DNA from: a virus | Lineage: Duplodnaviria; Caudoviricetes | IMG/VR virus record: IMGVR_UViG_3300031992_000046 | Coordinates: 36,410 to 100,409 of that record | Strand: one strand, 5' to 3' | DNA: 64,000 nt | Shown: piece after piece, positions 1-10,049 of the stretch | Layout: each line of letters begins with the position of its first letter | Position numbering within the stretch: position 1 is the stretch's first letter | Position numbers and translations under genes: made by a program | The notes under the pieces: generated by a model | The model's input: only the letters and a program-made list of their open reading frames with translations | Databases searched by the model: none | Told to the model about the DNA's origin: nothing

Positions 1-210
1 GGCGGTTCGCAATTGCTGGAGAAATTTGTACAGAAAGTCACCGGTAAAGTGCCCGAGGGTATCGGCTCGAGGGTGCAGACAAACGCCATCGAGATGGGCG
101 ATATTATTATTCAGGGTAATGCAGACCGCGAGACTATTTCGCAGATCAGACGCGAACAGCGTAAGGCGGTCGACTTTATGCTCAAAGAAATCAACAGTCT
201 CAGTTATTGA
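1..210 (+). CDS. C-terminal end of probable tape measure protein (truncated by window)
   Basis: Open frame running into the window, directly upstream of the Dit-like gene; called from position. Confidence 0.55.
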   Translation, partial: GGSQLLEKFVQKVTGKVPEGIGSRVQTNAIEMGDIIIQGNADRETISQIRREQRKAVDFMLKEINSLSY

Positions 211-266
211 GTTATGGGCGGCGTGAGTAACGCCGCCCGCTCAAATATAAAGAAAGGAGGGGCGTA

Positions 267-1115
267 TTGGCAGAATTTTACGGGTCGCACTTTGAATATG
301 GCGGCCAGAGCTCACGAAAGTACGGGCTGATTATCGCGATTGTCGACGCGGAGGAAAACCGGTCGATTGCGTCCGAGATGTCCGGCAAACTTATCTACAA
401 TAAAAAGAACACCCGTCACTACATTGTCAGCAACGATTACTCAAGCCCGACGTCCTTCGACGTAAACATAGTTACCGACGACGAGTGTATACTCCCGCCG
501 GAACGCAGAAGAGAGATAGAACGCTGGCTCTTTAACAGAGCAAACTATCGGAAGTTCTACCTCGATATGATGGATGACAAGTACGACGAGACCGGAGAAA
601 TAATCGACGGAGAACTCAAGCGTTTATATCTCAACTGCCGTTTTCTTAACGCCGAGAGATTATATTTTAACGGCGGCGTTGTGGGTTATAAAGCAACATT
701 AGAAGCAGATAGCCCGATGTGGTGGCAGGATGAGGTTACCAAAACATATACATTCAGCACAAACACCCCTGTCACCTTGACTATCAACGTTGATACAGAC
801 ATCGATGATTATACATATCCCGTTGTGCAGTTTACCACGGTTGCCAACGGCGGCGGTTTTTTATGGACTAACTATACGGACGATATGAGTAGACTTACAC
901 GTTTTCCACCACCGTCTGTGGCGAATCCGGAACAAGGGCTCCCCGGAGGTGCAGTTATAACGTTAGACAGCGCAAATAATTATGTCAACGGTCAATACTA
1001 TCTGAAAATGTCCGCCCGTAATTTCCCGAGGCTGCTGAACGGGGAAAACGAGGTCGTAGTTACGGCCGATATAACCTCTTTGTCGGTGACGTTTGCCAAT
1101 AGGAGGTTCTGGTAA
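267..1115 (+). CDS. Distal tail (Dit)-like protein
   Basis: 282 aa, AAGGAGG RBS, typical siphophage Dit C-terminus (NFPRLLNGENEV), sits between tape measure and tail spike. Confidence 0.7.
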   Translation: MAEFYGSHFEYGGQSSRKYGLIIAIVDAEENRSIASEMSGKLIYNKKNTRHYIVSNDYSSPTSFDVNIVTDDECILPPERRREIERWLFNRANYRKFYLDMMDDKYDETGEIIDGELKRLYLNCRFLNAERLYFNGGVVGYKATLEADSPMWWQDEVTKTYTFSTNTPVTLTINVDTDIDDYTYPVVQFTTVANGGGFLWTNYTDDMSRLTRFPPPSVANPEQGLPGGAVITLDSANNYVNGQYYLKMSARNFPRLLNGENEVVVTADITSLSVTFANRRFW

Positions 1116-4100
1116 TGCTTGTTAAATACAACTCGCTGAATAGGGTTGACAAACCTCTGATGACTCTATGTAATCCTGGGAGCCAACACCTTGGAATTTC
1201 CAAGCCCGACAACAGAGTGATCGGCCCGATAGTTGACACCGAAGCCGAAGAAATCATCTATAATTTCAACGCCCCCTCCGAGCTGAACTTCAGGATGAAT
1301 CGCGTTATTAGGGGTGACAAAAGCATCGACGGGCGCAACAACACCGTTTTTAACGGGCTTTTAGCCCGCAGGCTGATATACGTTGACGGCATAGGGTACT
1401 TCTCGATAACAAGCGTAAAGACGGGATACTCAGAAGGCGCGTATTACAAAGACGTTTCAGCACAGTCCGCAGAGATCGAGATACAGCAGCAAAGCATTCC
1501 CTATATTGAGGACGGGACATATTATCTGTTCACTCAAAACAACCATAAAGGAATACTCGATATAGTGATGGAGGTGCTGCAGTCTTCGTTCGGTATCAAT
1601 AAGGCATATTATGACATTCTGACGGAAGAGGATACGATTCAAAAAGAAATCGAACGGTGTCAGACGCTTATTCGTTTGTATGAAGAATTTATGGCATTCA
1701 TCGATGATCCCGGAGATATTTTGCCGGGGACTTTGGCGTATGAGAAAGCAATTAAAGACTTCAACGACGCAATAGAGCAGAACGGCGGCGAAACCATAGA
1801 ACAGGATACAACCGAAAACATGGAGGCCGCAATCAACTCGCAACTTTCACTGGCGGTCGACGCGCTTGAACAGGCCAAATATGATATGGGTCTTGCAAAG
1901 GAGCAAGAAAGAGAGATACGCGAACAGATAGCTTCTGACGGCGCATATGCAACGTCTGCATATCCTGCCTGGACTATCAGATATATCGCGCCGAGTCTCG
2001 CCGGGAAAATGCGAACATTTGAAGACGTCGACCCGACGCTGGATTGCCTGACATTCCTGACCGAGAATCTTCAGGAAGCATATGAATGTATCTTTATATT
2101 CGACCCCTCACTGCGTATGATCGACGTATACGATCAGAACGAGTTTTCCCGGGAAACGAACATTCAGCTCTCGGTGTACGATTTTATCGACACGATGGAA
2201 ATTACCGAGAACTCGGACGAGGTGTTTTCGGCGCTTAACGTAAGGGCAAGTGACGACACAGGGATAGGATCCGTCAATCCTCTCGGCACAAATATAATCT
2301 ATAATTTTGATTATTACAAGCCCTGGATGAGCTCTGCACTCAGGACGGCGATTGCCAACTGGGAGGCGGGACTGGCAGACGAAAACCCCAGTCATCACGG
2401 CATCGGGCATTATCTCAGCGTAAATAAAAAATATTATCACGTTTTAACTGAACAGTCTAATACACAATCGGAGATTGAAAGACTCGAACTGCTGAAACAA
2501 CTATACCAAAGATTACGCGACAACATAGTCGCCGAGAGTGGGGCGTCACAATTAAATAAATATAATCAAGCGATTGTTGCAAACGGCGGGGCGTCAATAC
2601 CTGCCGGGGCGATTGATCGGATGCTGGGAGCTGTAGATTCTCAGATATCTTCAGTCAACAGCGGTCTTGCAACTCAACGGGCGACGTTGCGCACGCTTGT
2701 GACACAGGCGGCAAGTTATAGCTCCGAAATCGCCTATGATAACTTATGGAACGGGTTCACGAGCCAGTCCCATTATTTTAACACACCCGAGCTGGTAGAC
2801 GAACTCAGGAATTTTATCTTTGAGGGCAGCTATACAGACGAGTTCTTGACCATCACCGAGGATATGACATACGATGAACAGTTTGAGCAGATGGAAGCTC
2901 TGTATCGTCGGGGCGTAGAGCAGCTGAACAGGGTCAGCCAGCCTAACCCGGAATTCACGGTGGATTCCGAGAGCGGCCTGTTTGTCCGAGAGTTTGCCCG
3001 TTGGAGCGACGAGCTCGAGACAGGATGCATTATTGACGTTCTTTATCGCCGAACCGACACCCAGGACGAAGTGGCTTCGCTGTTTCTTTCGTCTATTACG
3101 GTAAATTATGATGAGCAGACAATGTCCCTCAAATTTGCCGGGAAGTTGAATCGAAGTGATCCGAAGGCGCTTTATAAGAAGGTACTCGGACAAATCAGCA
3201 AGTCTGCCAACTCCGTAAACTTTATCAACAACGCGATTGCGCCAGTTAAAGAGGGGCAGTTTGACGAGATGAAGGCTGAAATCCAGGGATCTCGTGACAT
3301 CACAGTGCAGGCGGCGTTCGCATCTGCAAATGAGGAAATAGTAATTGACGGCTCAGGGCTGACCGGAAAGGCGTATGATGCAAGTACCGGAACGTACGAC
3401 CCGAGGCAGATTAAGATCACTTCTCAAAACATTATATTCACCGACGACGGATGGTCGAGTGCCAAAACCGCTATCGGACGGATGCTGTGGCGGGATACTG
3501 AGGTGTATGGAATAAACGGCCAAGCGATAATCGGCGATATTATTATCGGCGAAAATGTCTTCTTAAAAAACGAAGACAACACGGTTACGTTTGATAACAC
3601 AGGTCTAACCATCCAAAACACCCGTAACGCGATCAGGATATTTCCCGGAGACAATGGCGACAACCTTATGGAAGTCACCGATAATACCGATCCGCTGAGC
3701 CCGAAAATGCTGCTCGGTCTCACGAGCAGCGGGTCGTTATATTTAAACCCAGAGGCGGTTCAAATAGCGTGGAACAACAACGGCGAGACGATCCGTATCG
3801 AAGATGTGGGTGGAATGGCGCAGCTGAATATATATCAAAGCTACGTTAATCCGTATAACTATCAGAAGCTCATTTCTTTTGACCAAACCGGGAGCAATTT
3901 TTATAACCCCGACAACAATGCTCACATCGGAAAAATCGGTACAAGCTACTATTCCGGGTCGGCTGAGCAGTATAAGGGGTTGGCATTTGACCTCGATTAC
4001 GACGGCTATTTTATGGCGTGGACAAGCCAAGATACCGAGAACGGGACTTACGAGCCCGTACTCTCTTATATGTCCAAGGATCTCGACCCCACGCTGTATA

Positions 4101-4534
4101 CCTTCAAAAAGGGTCTTCATCTCGATGCTGATATATGGATCCATCCGAGCAACGTGATGCAAATTTACTCCGACATAAGGATTCTGGACGGTTCGCAAAG
4201 TATTGACATTTATCACGACATCGATATGCATGGTTATACTATACAGCACGCCATTGTGACGGCGCCCTCGGACATCCGCCTGAAGAAGAATATAGAGGAA
4301 TATACTGACAGTGCGCTTACGCTCATCGATTCCATCAAGCTGAATTCGTTCGACTGGGTCGAAACTGATAAGCACGAAGACATCGGGTTCATCGCGCAAC
4401 AGTTGAGAGAGGTTATTCCCGACGCGGTGCAGGAAGACGATAAAAGCGGGCGGCTTTACGTTAAGCCGATGCATCTCATACCATATCTGGTCGGAGCAGT
4501 TCAGGACTTATACAAACTCATTAAAAAAGAATGA
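1115..4534 (+). CDS. Tail spike / minor structural protein with C-terminal peptidase S74 chaperone domain
   Basis: 1139 aa, coiled-coil segments; C-terminal SDIRLKKNIE...IGFIAQQL motif of intramolecular chaperones. Confidence 0.8.
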   Translation: MLVKYNSLNRVDKPLMTLCNPGSQHLGISKPDNRVIGPIVDTEAEEIIYNFNAPSELNFRMNRVIRGDKSIDGRNNTVFNGLLARRLIYVDGIGYFSITSVKTGYSEGAYYKDVSAQSAEIEIQQQSIPYIEDGTYYLFTQNNHKGILDIVMEVLQSSFGINKAYYDILTEEDTIQKEIERCQTLIRLYEEFMAFIDDPGDILPGTLAYEKAIKDFNDAIEQNGGETIEQDTTENMEAAINSQLSLAVDALEQAKYDMGLAKEQEREIREQIASDGAYATSAYPAWTIRYIAPSLAGKMRTFEDVDPTLDCLTFLTENLQEAYECIFIFDPSLRMIDVYDQNEFSRETNIQLSVYDFIDTMEITENSDEVFSALNVRASDDTGIGSVNPLGTNIIYNFDYYKPWMSSALRTAIANWEAGLADENPSHHGIGHYLSVNKKYYHVLTEQSNTQSEIERLELLKQLYQRLRDNIVAESGASQLNKYNQAIVANGGASIPAGAIDRMLGAVDSQISSVNSGLATQRATLRTLVTQAASYSSEIAYDNLWNGFTSQSHYFNTPELVDELRNFIFEGSYTDEFLTITEDMTYDEQFEQMEALYRRGVEQLNRVSQPNPEFTVDSESGLFVREFARWSDELETGCIIDVLYRRTDTQDEVASLFLSSITVNYDEQTMSLKFAGKLNRSDPKALYKKVLGQISKSANSVNFINNAIAPVKEGQFDEMKAEIQGSRDITVQAAFASANEEIVIDGSGLTGKAYDASTGTYDPRQIKITSQNIIFTDDGWSSAKTAIGRMLWRDTEVYGINGQAIIGDIIIGENVFLKNEDNTVTFDNTGLTIQNTRNAIRIFPGDNGDNLMEVTDNTDPLSPKMLLGLTSSGSLYLNPEAVQIAWNNNGETIRIEDVGGMAQLNIYQSYVNPYNYQKLISFDQTGSNFYNPDNNAHIGKIGTSYYSGSAEQYKGLAFDLDYDGYFMAWTSQDTENGTYEPVLSYMSKDLDPTLYTFKKGLHLDADIWIHPSNVMQIYSDIRILDGSQSIDIYHDIDMHGYTIQHAIVTAPSDIRLKKNIEEYTDSALTLIDSIKLNSFDWVETDKHEDIGFIAQQLREVIPDAVQEDDKSGRLYVKPMHLIPYLVGAVQDLYKLIKKE

Positions 4535-4546
4535 AAGGGCTATTTT

Positions 4547-4744
4547 ATGAAACCGCTAACGGTTGCAAAAGAAGAATTTGTGAGCGCTCTCGTGGAGCTG
4601 TGCAACAATGCGCAACTCCCGTTTTTTGTTATTGAGAGCGCTCTGAAGGATATCCTCCAAGAAGTCCACGCCGCGAGTCTGAAACAGTATAAGGCGGATA
4701 AAGCCGAATACGAAAAAGAGATGGCGGCTCAGGAGGAAAAATAA
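4547..4744 (+). CDS. Small hypothetical protein
   Basis: 65 aa ORF tiling between tail spike and holin. Confidence 0.7.
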   Translation: MKPLTVAKEEFVSALVELCNNAQLPFFVIESALKDILQEVHAASLKQYKADKAEYEKEMAAQEEK

Positions 4745-4759
4745 AACGGGAGGAAGAAA

Positions 4760-5320
4760 ATGAAAGATTTCATACTCACTGTCACGGGAGTCGTGGGAGG
4801 CTTTATTTCGTGGCTCGTCGGGGGGTGGAACGCCGCATTGACTACACTGGTTATTTTTATGGCTATTGACTTCATTTCGGGACTGATCGTTGCCGGAGTC
4901 TTCAAAGAATCGAAGAAGACCGAAAGCGGCGCGCTCTCGAGTAAAGTCGGGTTTAAGGGAATTTGCAAGAAATGTATGACCCTCTTGTTTGTTCTTATAG
5001 GGGCGCAGCTTGATATCGTGCTGAAAGTAAATATGGTACGTGACGGCGTTTGCATCGCGTTCATCCTGAACGAGCTTATCAGCATCGTAGAGAATGCCGG
5101 CCTTATGGGTATTCCGATTCCCGGCGTTATTCAGAAGGCGTTGGATATGCTTCAGAAGAAAAACACCCCACCCGCAGACGGTAAAGCGTCCACGGAAGAA
5201 ACTATATCTGAAGACGACGAACACATAGAGCACGAAGAAGAATACGACGAAGAAGACGCTGGCGAGGACGATGATGAGGATGATGATGAAAATGATGAGG
5301 AGATAGAAGATGGCGATTAA
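4760..5320 (+). CDS. Holin (toxin secretion/phage lysis family) with acidic C-terminal tail
   Basis: TM helices, IDFISG..., NELISIVENAGLMGIPIP motif; upstream of the amidase. Confidence 0.9.
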   Translation: MKDFILTVTGVVGGFISWLVGGWNAALTTLVIFMAIDFISGLIVAGVFKESKKTESGALSSKVGFKGICKKCMTLLFVLIGAQLDIVLKVNMVRDGVCIAFILNELISIVENAGLMGIPIPGVIQKALDMLQKKNTPPADGKASTEETISEDDEHIEHEEEYDEEDAGEDDDEDDDENDEEIEDGD

Positions 5321-6149
5321 GATAAACAAACTTCTTACTCCCTATAACTACTGGAGCGGAAGAGCCGGCTACTCGGTCGAGTGGATTACTCTCCACTATA
5401 CGGCTAACACGTATCAGCCCGACCTCGCAAAAAATGAGTGCGCGGCTTTTGCGAGTAAATATGTCGGTGCGTCGGCCCACTTCTTCGTTGACACCAATTC
5501 GATATGGCAATCCGTCGAAGTTACCGATACCGCGTGGCATTGCGGGGATAACCCGCCGTCAAGGAATGGTTGTATCAACCGGAATTCGATTGGGATCGAG
5601 ATGTGCAACGTTTATAAAGACGGCGTATATTACATCGACGACGCGACCGTGAATATGACAGTAAAGCTTGTGTGCTATCTGCTGGAAATGTTCCCGAACG
5701 CCAAGCTTTGCCGCCATTATGACGTGACCGGCAAAGTATGTCCTCAGCCGTGGGTTAACAGCCCGGAGCTGTGGCGACAATTTCAAAAACGTGTAGAAGA
5801 GGAGAGACCTATGACACCCGCAGAAAGAACCGAATTTAATCAACTCAAGACACAGGTGAGCGATCTTCAAAAGATGGTCAAGGCACTTGGAACCCAGCTC
5901 ACTTCATTTCAGACGACGTTTGAGTCGTTCAGTCAGAGCGTAATCAGGAATCTTAATGCCCTGAACGACCGCACGAAAGCACAATATAACACGGTAGAAG
6001 AGTGCCCGGATTGGGCTCGCCCGACAGTTCAGAAACTTGTTGACAAGAAATATCTCCGCGGTGTGAACGCAAAAGGAGATCTTGCCCTCACCACAGACCT
6101 TACTCGTACGCTTGTCGTGATTGATAGGTCGGGTGGATTCGACAACTAA
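5310..6149 (+). CDS. Endolysin, N-acetylmuramoyl-L-alanine amidase (Amidase_2)
   Basis: LHYTA, SAHFFVD, AWHCG, NSIGIEMC, RHYDVTGKVCP motifs. Confidence 0.93.
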   Translation: MAIKINKLLTPYNYWSGRAGYSVEWITLHYTANTYQPDLAKNECAAFASKYVGASAHFFVDTNSIWQSVEVTDTAWHCGDNPPSRNGCINRNSIGIEMCNVYKDGVYYIDDATVNMTVKLVCYLLEMFPNAKLCRHYDVTGKVCPQPWVNSPELWRQFQKRVEEERPMTPAERTEFNQLKTQVSDLQKMVKALGTQLTSFQTTFESFSQSVIRNLNALNDRTKAQYNTVEECPDWARPTVQKLVDKKYLRGVNAKGDLALTTDLTRTLVVIDRSGGFDN

Positions 6150-6173
6150 TAAACACCGATACAGAAAGGAGGG

Positions 6174-8174
6174 ATGGTTTTGAGCGAAATCACCCTTATG
6201 GATTCGCAGGGGCACCTGCTTGATAAACTCTATCAATGGGATAGCCATGTGGTAATTTATATCAGCGGCTTCCCAGTCGATCCACTGCCTACCCTGCATT
6301 TTGCGCATCAGTGCTCCGATACAGCACTGGTGGTTATACCTACGGTAGACAACAGTAGACTCGTTGCCACCATCCCAGACGTTCTACTGCAAGATGACAG
6401 CCCAATCGTTGTATATATCTACGTCCCGTTCGCTGAGGGTGGAGAAACGGGGTATCGAACAGTCGAAGAAATAGTATTGACCGTAATAGCCCGTCCTAAA
6501 CCTGGAGAATATTCGACTACGGATGTTACGGCAATCTCTCTTGAGGTTACCGAGCGTGGGGTATACACGCCCCCTGACAGGACACTGTACAGTCAGGTAG
6601 ACACTATGGGGATACCGTATAACGTCAACCAGGGCGATGTGGATAAGGTGGTTGACAGCAGCGGGAACTTAGTTACACAGACGTCGACCGGTATATATAC
6701 TAACGGTACTTACGACACAACGACCGTTAAACAGGTTACAGTAGACGTTCCAAACTCATATGAGGCGTCCGACGTCGGGAAGGTCTTAAACGCAAACTAT
6801 GAATTTCAGGCTCAGGATGATATGGAAATAAATTCGAATGGCGTTTATGACACCCCTACCAAAAAACGGGTTACAGTTAATGTTTGGCAGGGCGATGTTT
6901 CGGCCGCCGATAACGGTAAAGTGGTAGTCGACGGCGCCCTTGTTAATCAGGATGCATTGACGGTTACGGAGAACGGCACGTACGATACGACCTCAAAGAA
7001 CATAATAAATGTGAGCGTACCCAGGAGCTCTCTTCCCTGCAGCGTGACCTTTGAGGCTAACGGGGCTACATTACAGACAGTCTCTGTTGATTATAACGGT
7101 ACGGCTATCTATACGGGTCCCACACCGACGTATGCTCCCGATCCCAATAATTACGAGTTTGCAGGGTGGGCGCCTAAGGCGTCGTTTGACTCTAACGGGT
7201 ATCCCAGTAATATTACCGGCGATCTCATTTTCGAGGCACAGTTTAGATACATTTCAGCGTACGGCGATTTGATTACAGACTCGTGGGACGTGATATCCGA
7301 GCGTTCTCTGGCCGGGACTGCGTCGCAGTTTTATGGGATCGGCGACTACAAACCCGTATCTATATCCGGTATTATCGGAAACGCAGCGGTTAGTATGGTA
7401 CTGAATGCCGTCATTATTGATTTTGATCATAACAATAATAATTCAACCTCCAGCCGCAACGAAGGCGCCGGAATCTCCTTTGGGTTATTTGGATTGGGAT
7501 ATGGGGACGCCCTTCAAAATGTCTGTATAACGGACTCAGACTACGGCGGCACTGGATCCTCGTTTTCAAAAATGTTCAACATCATTCACGCGGGTGTGCG
7601 CGGGTTTGGAGGATGGAAGGGCAGCGATGTCAGATACGACATTCTGGGAAGCACCGACGTGTCGCCGTCCGGTTATGGTTCGGCACCAGATATTACTCGT
7701 GTAGGATATGACGCAACCGTCGCTTGCGCAACAACTCCTGTTCAGAATACTTTAATGTCGTGCCTCCCGGCGTCGCTTCGGGCGAAGATGAAGCCGATTA
7801 AGAAGTTCTCAAACAACAAAGGGGTTAATAACGGCAAGGTAGAAAACCTCGTCACTGCGTCCATAGACTATCTCCCTCTGCTGAGCGCCGTCGAGATAGC
7901 CGGTACGGGAGGGGGGTATGTGTACGATCAAGAAGCAACACGCCAGTCCCAGTATGCATTTTTCGCAAATAATTCATATGCAATGAAAAATATCAGAGAT
8001 ACCACACAGTACGCCGGATACTGGACAAGATCCCCGGTACTTGAAGAAAGCCCCTATAGTGAACTTGCGCAAACCGGGTGGGTTGCCATATCCGGTGACC
8101 AGCAAACTTTGGGAAGTTTGACTAATATACCCGCAATTACTTCTTTGGGGATTTTGCCCGTATTTTTGATTTGA
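6174..8174 (+). CDS. Tail fibre / receptor-binding protein (BppU-like N-term, repeats, DUF6273-like C-term)
   Basis: NGTYDTT repeats, Listeria-Bacteroides-like repeat (VTFEANG...FAGW), C-terminal YWTRSP...GILPVF. Confidence 0.65.
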   Translation: MVLSEITLMDSQGHLLDKLYQWDSHVVIYISGFPVDPLPTLHFAHQCSDTALVVIPTVDNSRLVATIPDVLLQDDSPIVVYIYVPFAEGGETGYRTVEEIVLTVIARPKPGEYSTTDVTAISLEVTERGVYTPPDRTLYSQVDTMGIPYNVNQGDVDKVVDSSGNLVTQTSTGIYTNGTYDTTTVKQVTVDVPNSYEASDVGKVLNANYEFQAQDDMEINSNGVYDTPTKKRVTVNVWQGDVSAADNGKVVVDGALVNQDALTVTENGTYDTTSKNIINVSVPRSSLPCSVTFEANGATLQTVSVDYNGTAIYTGPTPTYAPDPNNYEFAGWAPKASFDSNGYPSNITGDLIFEAQFRYISAYGDLITDSWDVISERSLAGTASQFYGIGDYKPVSISGIIGNAAVSMVLNAVIIDFDHNNNNSTSSRNEGAGISFGLFGLGYGDALQNVCITDSDYGGTGSSFSKMFNIIHAGVRGFGGWKGSDVRYDILGSTDVSPSGYGSAPDITRVGYDATVACATTPVQNTLMSCLPASLRAKMKPIKKFSNNKGVNNGKVENLVTASIDYLPLLSAVEIAGTGGGYVYDQEATRQSQYAFFANNSYAMKNIRDTTQYAGYWTRSPVLEESPYSELAQTGWVAISGDQQTLGSLTNIPAITSLGILPVFLI

Positions 8175-8188
8175 AAGGAGGGGAACCA

Positions 8189-8398
8189 ATGATTCAATTA
8201 GCTTTTATTGGTAATCACCCGAACGTTAATAATAAGCACTATATTGTAGACACTATTTCGGAGTTGTCCGAAATAGAGGAGCTGTCGTTTGGATATACCG
8301 CGTACTGTTTGGAGGACAAAAATACTTATATTGTGGATGGTACGGGTGAGTTCGTTCAGTCTGGTTCTGACTGTCCGCCCTTTGTAAAAGGGAGTTGA
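8189..8398 (+). CDS. Small structural adaptor-like protein (paralog of the N-termini of 9626 and 12808)
   Basis: AAGGAGG RBS; shared N..N.K.YI.D...EL....FG..AYC....TYI..G.G motif. Confidence 0.7.
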   Translation: MIQLAFIGNHPNVNNKHYIVDTISELSEIEELSFGYTAYCLEDKNTYIVDGTGEFVQSGSDCPPFVKGS

Positions 8399-8402
8399 TC
8401 GA

Positions 8403-9503
8403 ATGAGCGTAGTTATACTCGACAGCAATGGGCAGCAAATAAAAAAATTCTATCAATGGGACTATAATATTTCAATTCAAATCCGAGGCGTTGAGTTTGA
8501 TATCGACATATCCCCAATCGATCTTACCGGCATTACAATGACTAATGGGGGGTATATCAATCCCGACGGGGTGGTTCGTTCTGCAAGCGGTTCGGCTTAT
8601 ACGGGTTATATTCCGGTCACCCCGGGGCAAAAGATCCAGTTGGGCGGCGTGTATTTAGACAGTGTGCGAAGTATATGTGCGTATGACTCGAGTAAGCACA
8701 AGATAGGCGATGCTCTCAACGGGATAAACAGCGATACGGTGGTTTTCGTTGTTCCGCCTGAGGGCGCCTACATCAGAGTAACAGCTCAAACAACAAACAG
8801 CCTTACTGCCGGAGAAATCACGCGTGCCCCTGACATCAATTTTGCAAACGGAAGCTGCGGGACTGCTATTTCAGTAACTCCTGCTATTACCACACCGGGC
8901 GGGGTAACTACTTTAACCACGGTTGTGCCAAACAGTATGCTTACGACGCCGGAGGCAATGAGGATTTTTTTCTATACCAATATTGCCGCAAGCGAATACC
9001 GCACTACGTATGAAACGACCATTCCGGTAATGCCCCGGCAAATCCCGGCTGACTATCCCGGCGGCGGAGCCGTCTCAATCGTTGAAATTGAGCCTTTGAC
9101 CGTGGATGCCAACGGGGTATTCACAGCACGCGCCGGCACAGCATGGTCTCCGGTAACTGTGAATGTGCCCTCAGAAGATACTGGAACTGTACAGATCTCC
9201 ACGAACGGCATTCACGACGTAACAGGCTATGCCTCAGCAAATGTAGACGTACCTGCATCGGAGGTCGACAGCGGCACAAAGCAAATCGCCTCAAACGGGA
9301 CTCACGATATAGTAGGATACGCTACCGCACAGGTTGAAGTGCCAAATTCCTATTCGGCCAGCGACGAGGGAAAAGTTGTGTCAAGCGGCACGCTGATATC
9401 GCAGACCCCTCACGCAATGGTAACTTCAAATGGGACGTTTAACACCACATACAACAACAGCGTCGAGGTAAGTATCCCCTCCGCTGAATCGATTTTGTTC
9501 TAA
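8403..9503 (+). CDS. Tail fibre-like protein
   Basis: N-terminus paralogous to 6174 (YQWD motif); SNGTHD repeats. Confidence 0.65.
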   Translation: MSVVILDSNGQQIKKFYQWDYNISIQIRGVEFDIDISPIDLTGITMTNGGYINPDGVVRSASGSAYTGYIPVTPGQKIQLGGVYLDSVRSICAYDSSKHKIGDALNGINSDTVVFVVPPEGAYIRVTAQTTNSLTAGEITRAPDINFANGSCGTAISVTPAITTPGGVTTLTTVVPNSMLTTPEAMRIFFYTNIAASEYRTTYETTIPVMPRQIPADYPGGGAVSIVEIEPLTVDANGVFTARAGTAWSPVTVNVPSEDTGTVQISTNGIHDVTGYASANVDVPASEVDSGTKQIASNGTHDIVGYATAQVEVPNSYSASDEGKVVSSGTLISQTPHAMVTSNGTFNTTYNNSVEVSIPSAESILF

Positions 9504-9516
9504 GAGGCGATAAAAA

Positions 9517-9561
9517 TGGCTGAATATACTGTTCAAGATACATTTATACGTACTCTGTAGG
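9517..9561 (+). pseudogene. Truncated stub of the 10050 gene start (MAEYTVQDTFIRTL*)
   Basis: DNA 9470-9543 near-duplicates 10003-10076, including stop, RBS and start codon. Confidence 0.6.
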
Positions 9562-9625
9562 TGTTTAACCATATAGTGATAGGCTATCCGAATAAACGAC
9601 AACACTACTTTGAAAGGAGGCCCCT

Positions 9626-10036
9626 ATGATTGAGCTTATCAGGGATGGCGTCATCTCGAATACAAAAAACAAAAAATATATTATTGACACGGCCGATGAA
9701 CTCGGTCAACTCGACATCGATTTTGGTAATGAGGCGTATTGTATCACCGAGAAGACCACCTATATATGTAACGGCTCGGGTAGATATATAGAGAAGAAGT
9801 CGAGTGGTGGGGGGAGCGGCATCGAAATTGAATCACTGTCGGTAACGGCCAATGGCATTTATACAGCCGACGAGGGAAAAGCGTATTCACCTGTGAATGT
9901 GCACGTCCCCGCATCCGAGGTGGATAGTGGTATAAAGTATATCACGACAAACGGCGTACACAGTGTTGTTGGATATGCGGATGTCGACGTAAATGTCGAA
10001 ATAAGCATTCCATCAGCCGAGTCAAATACATTCTAA
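9626..10036 (+). CDS. Fibre-module protein (adaptor N-term plus repeat)
   Basis: N-term like 8189/12808; C-term ISIPSAES like 8403. Confidence 0.7.
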   Translation: MIELIRDGVISNTKNKKYIIDTADELGQLDIDFGNEAYCITEKTTYICNGSGRYIEKKSSGGGSGIEIESLSVTANGIYTADEGKAYSPVNVHVPASEVDSGIKYITTNGVHSVVGYADVDVNVEISIPSAESNTF

Positions 10037-10049
10037 GGGGGCGATAAAA

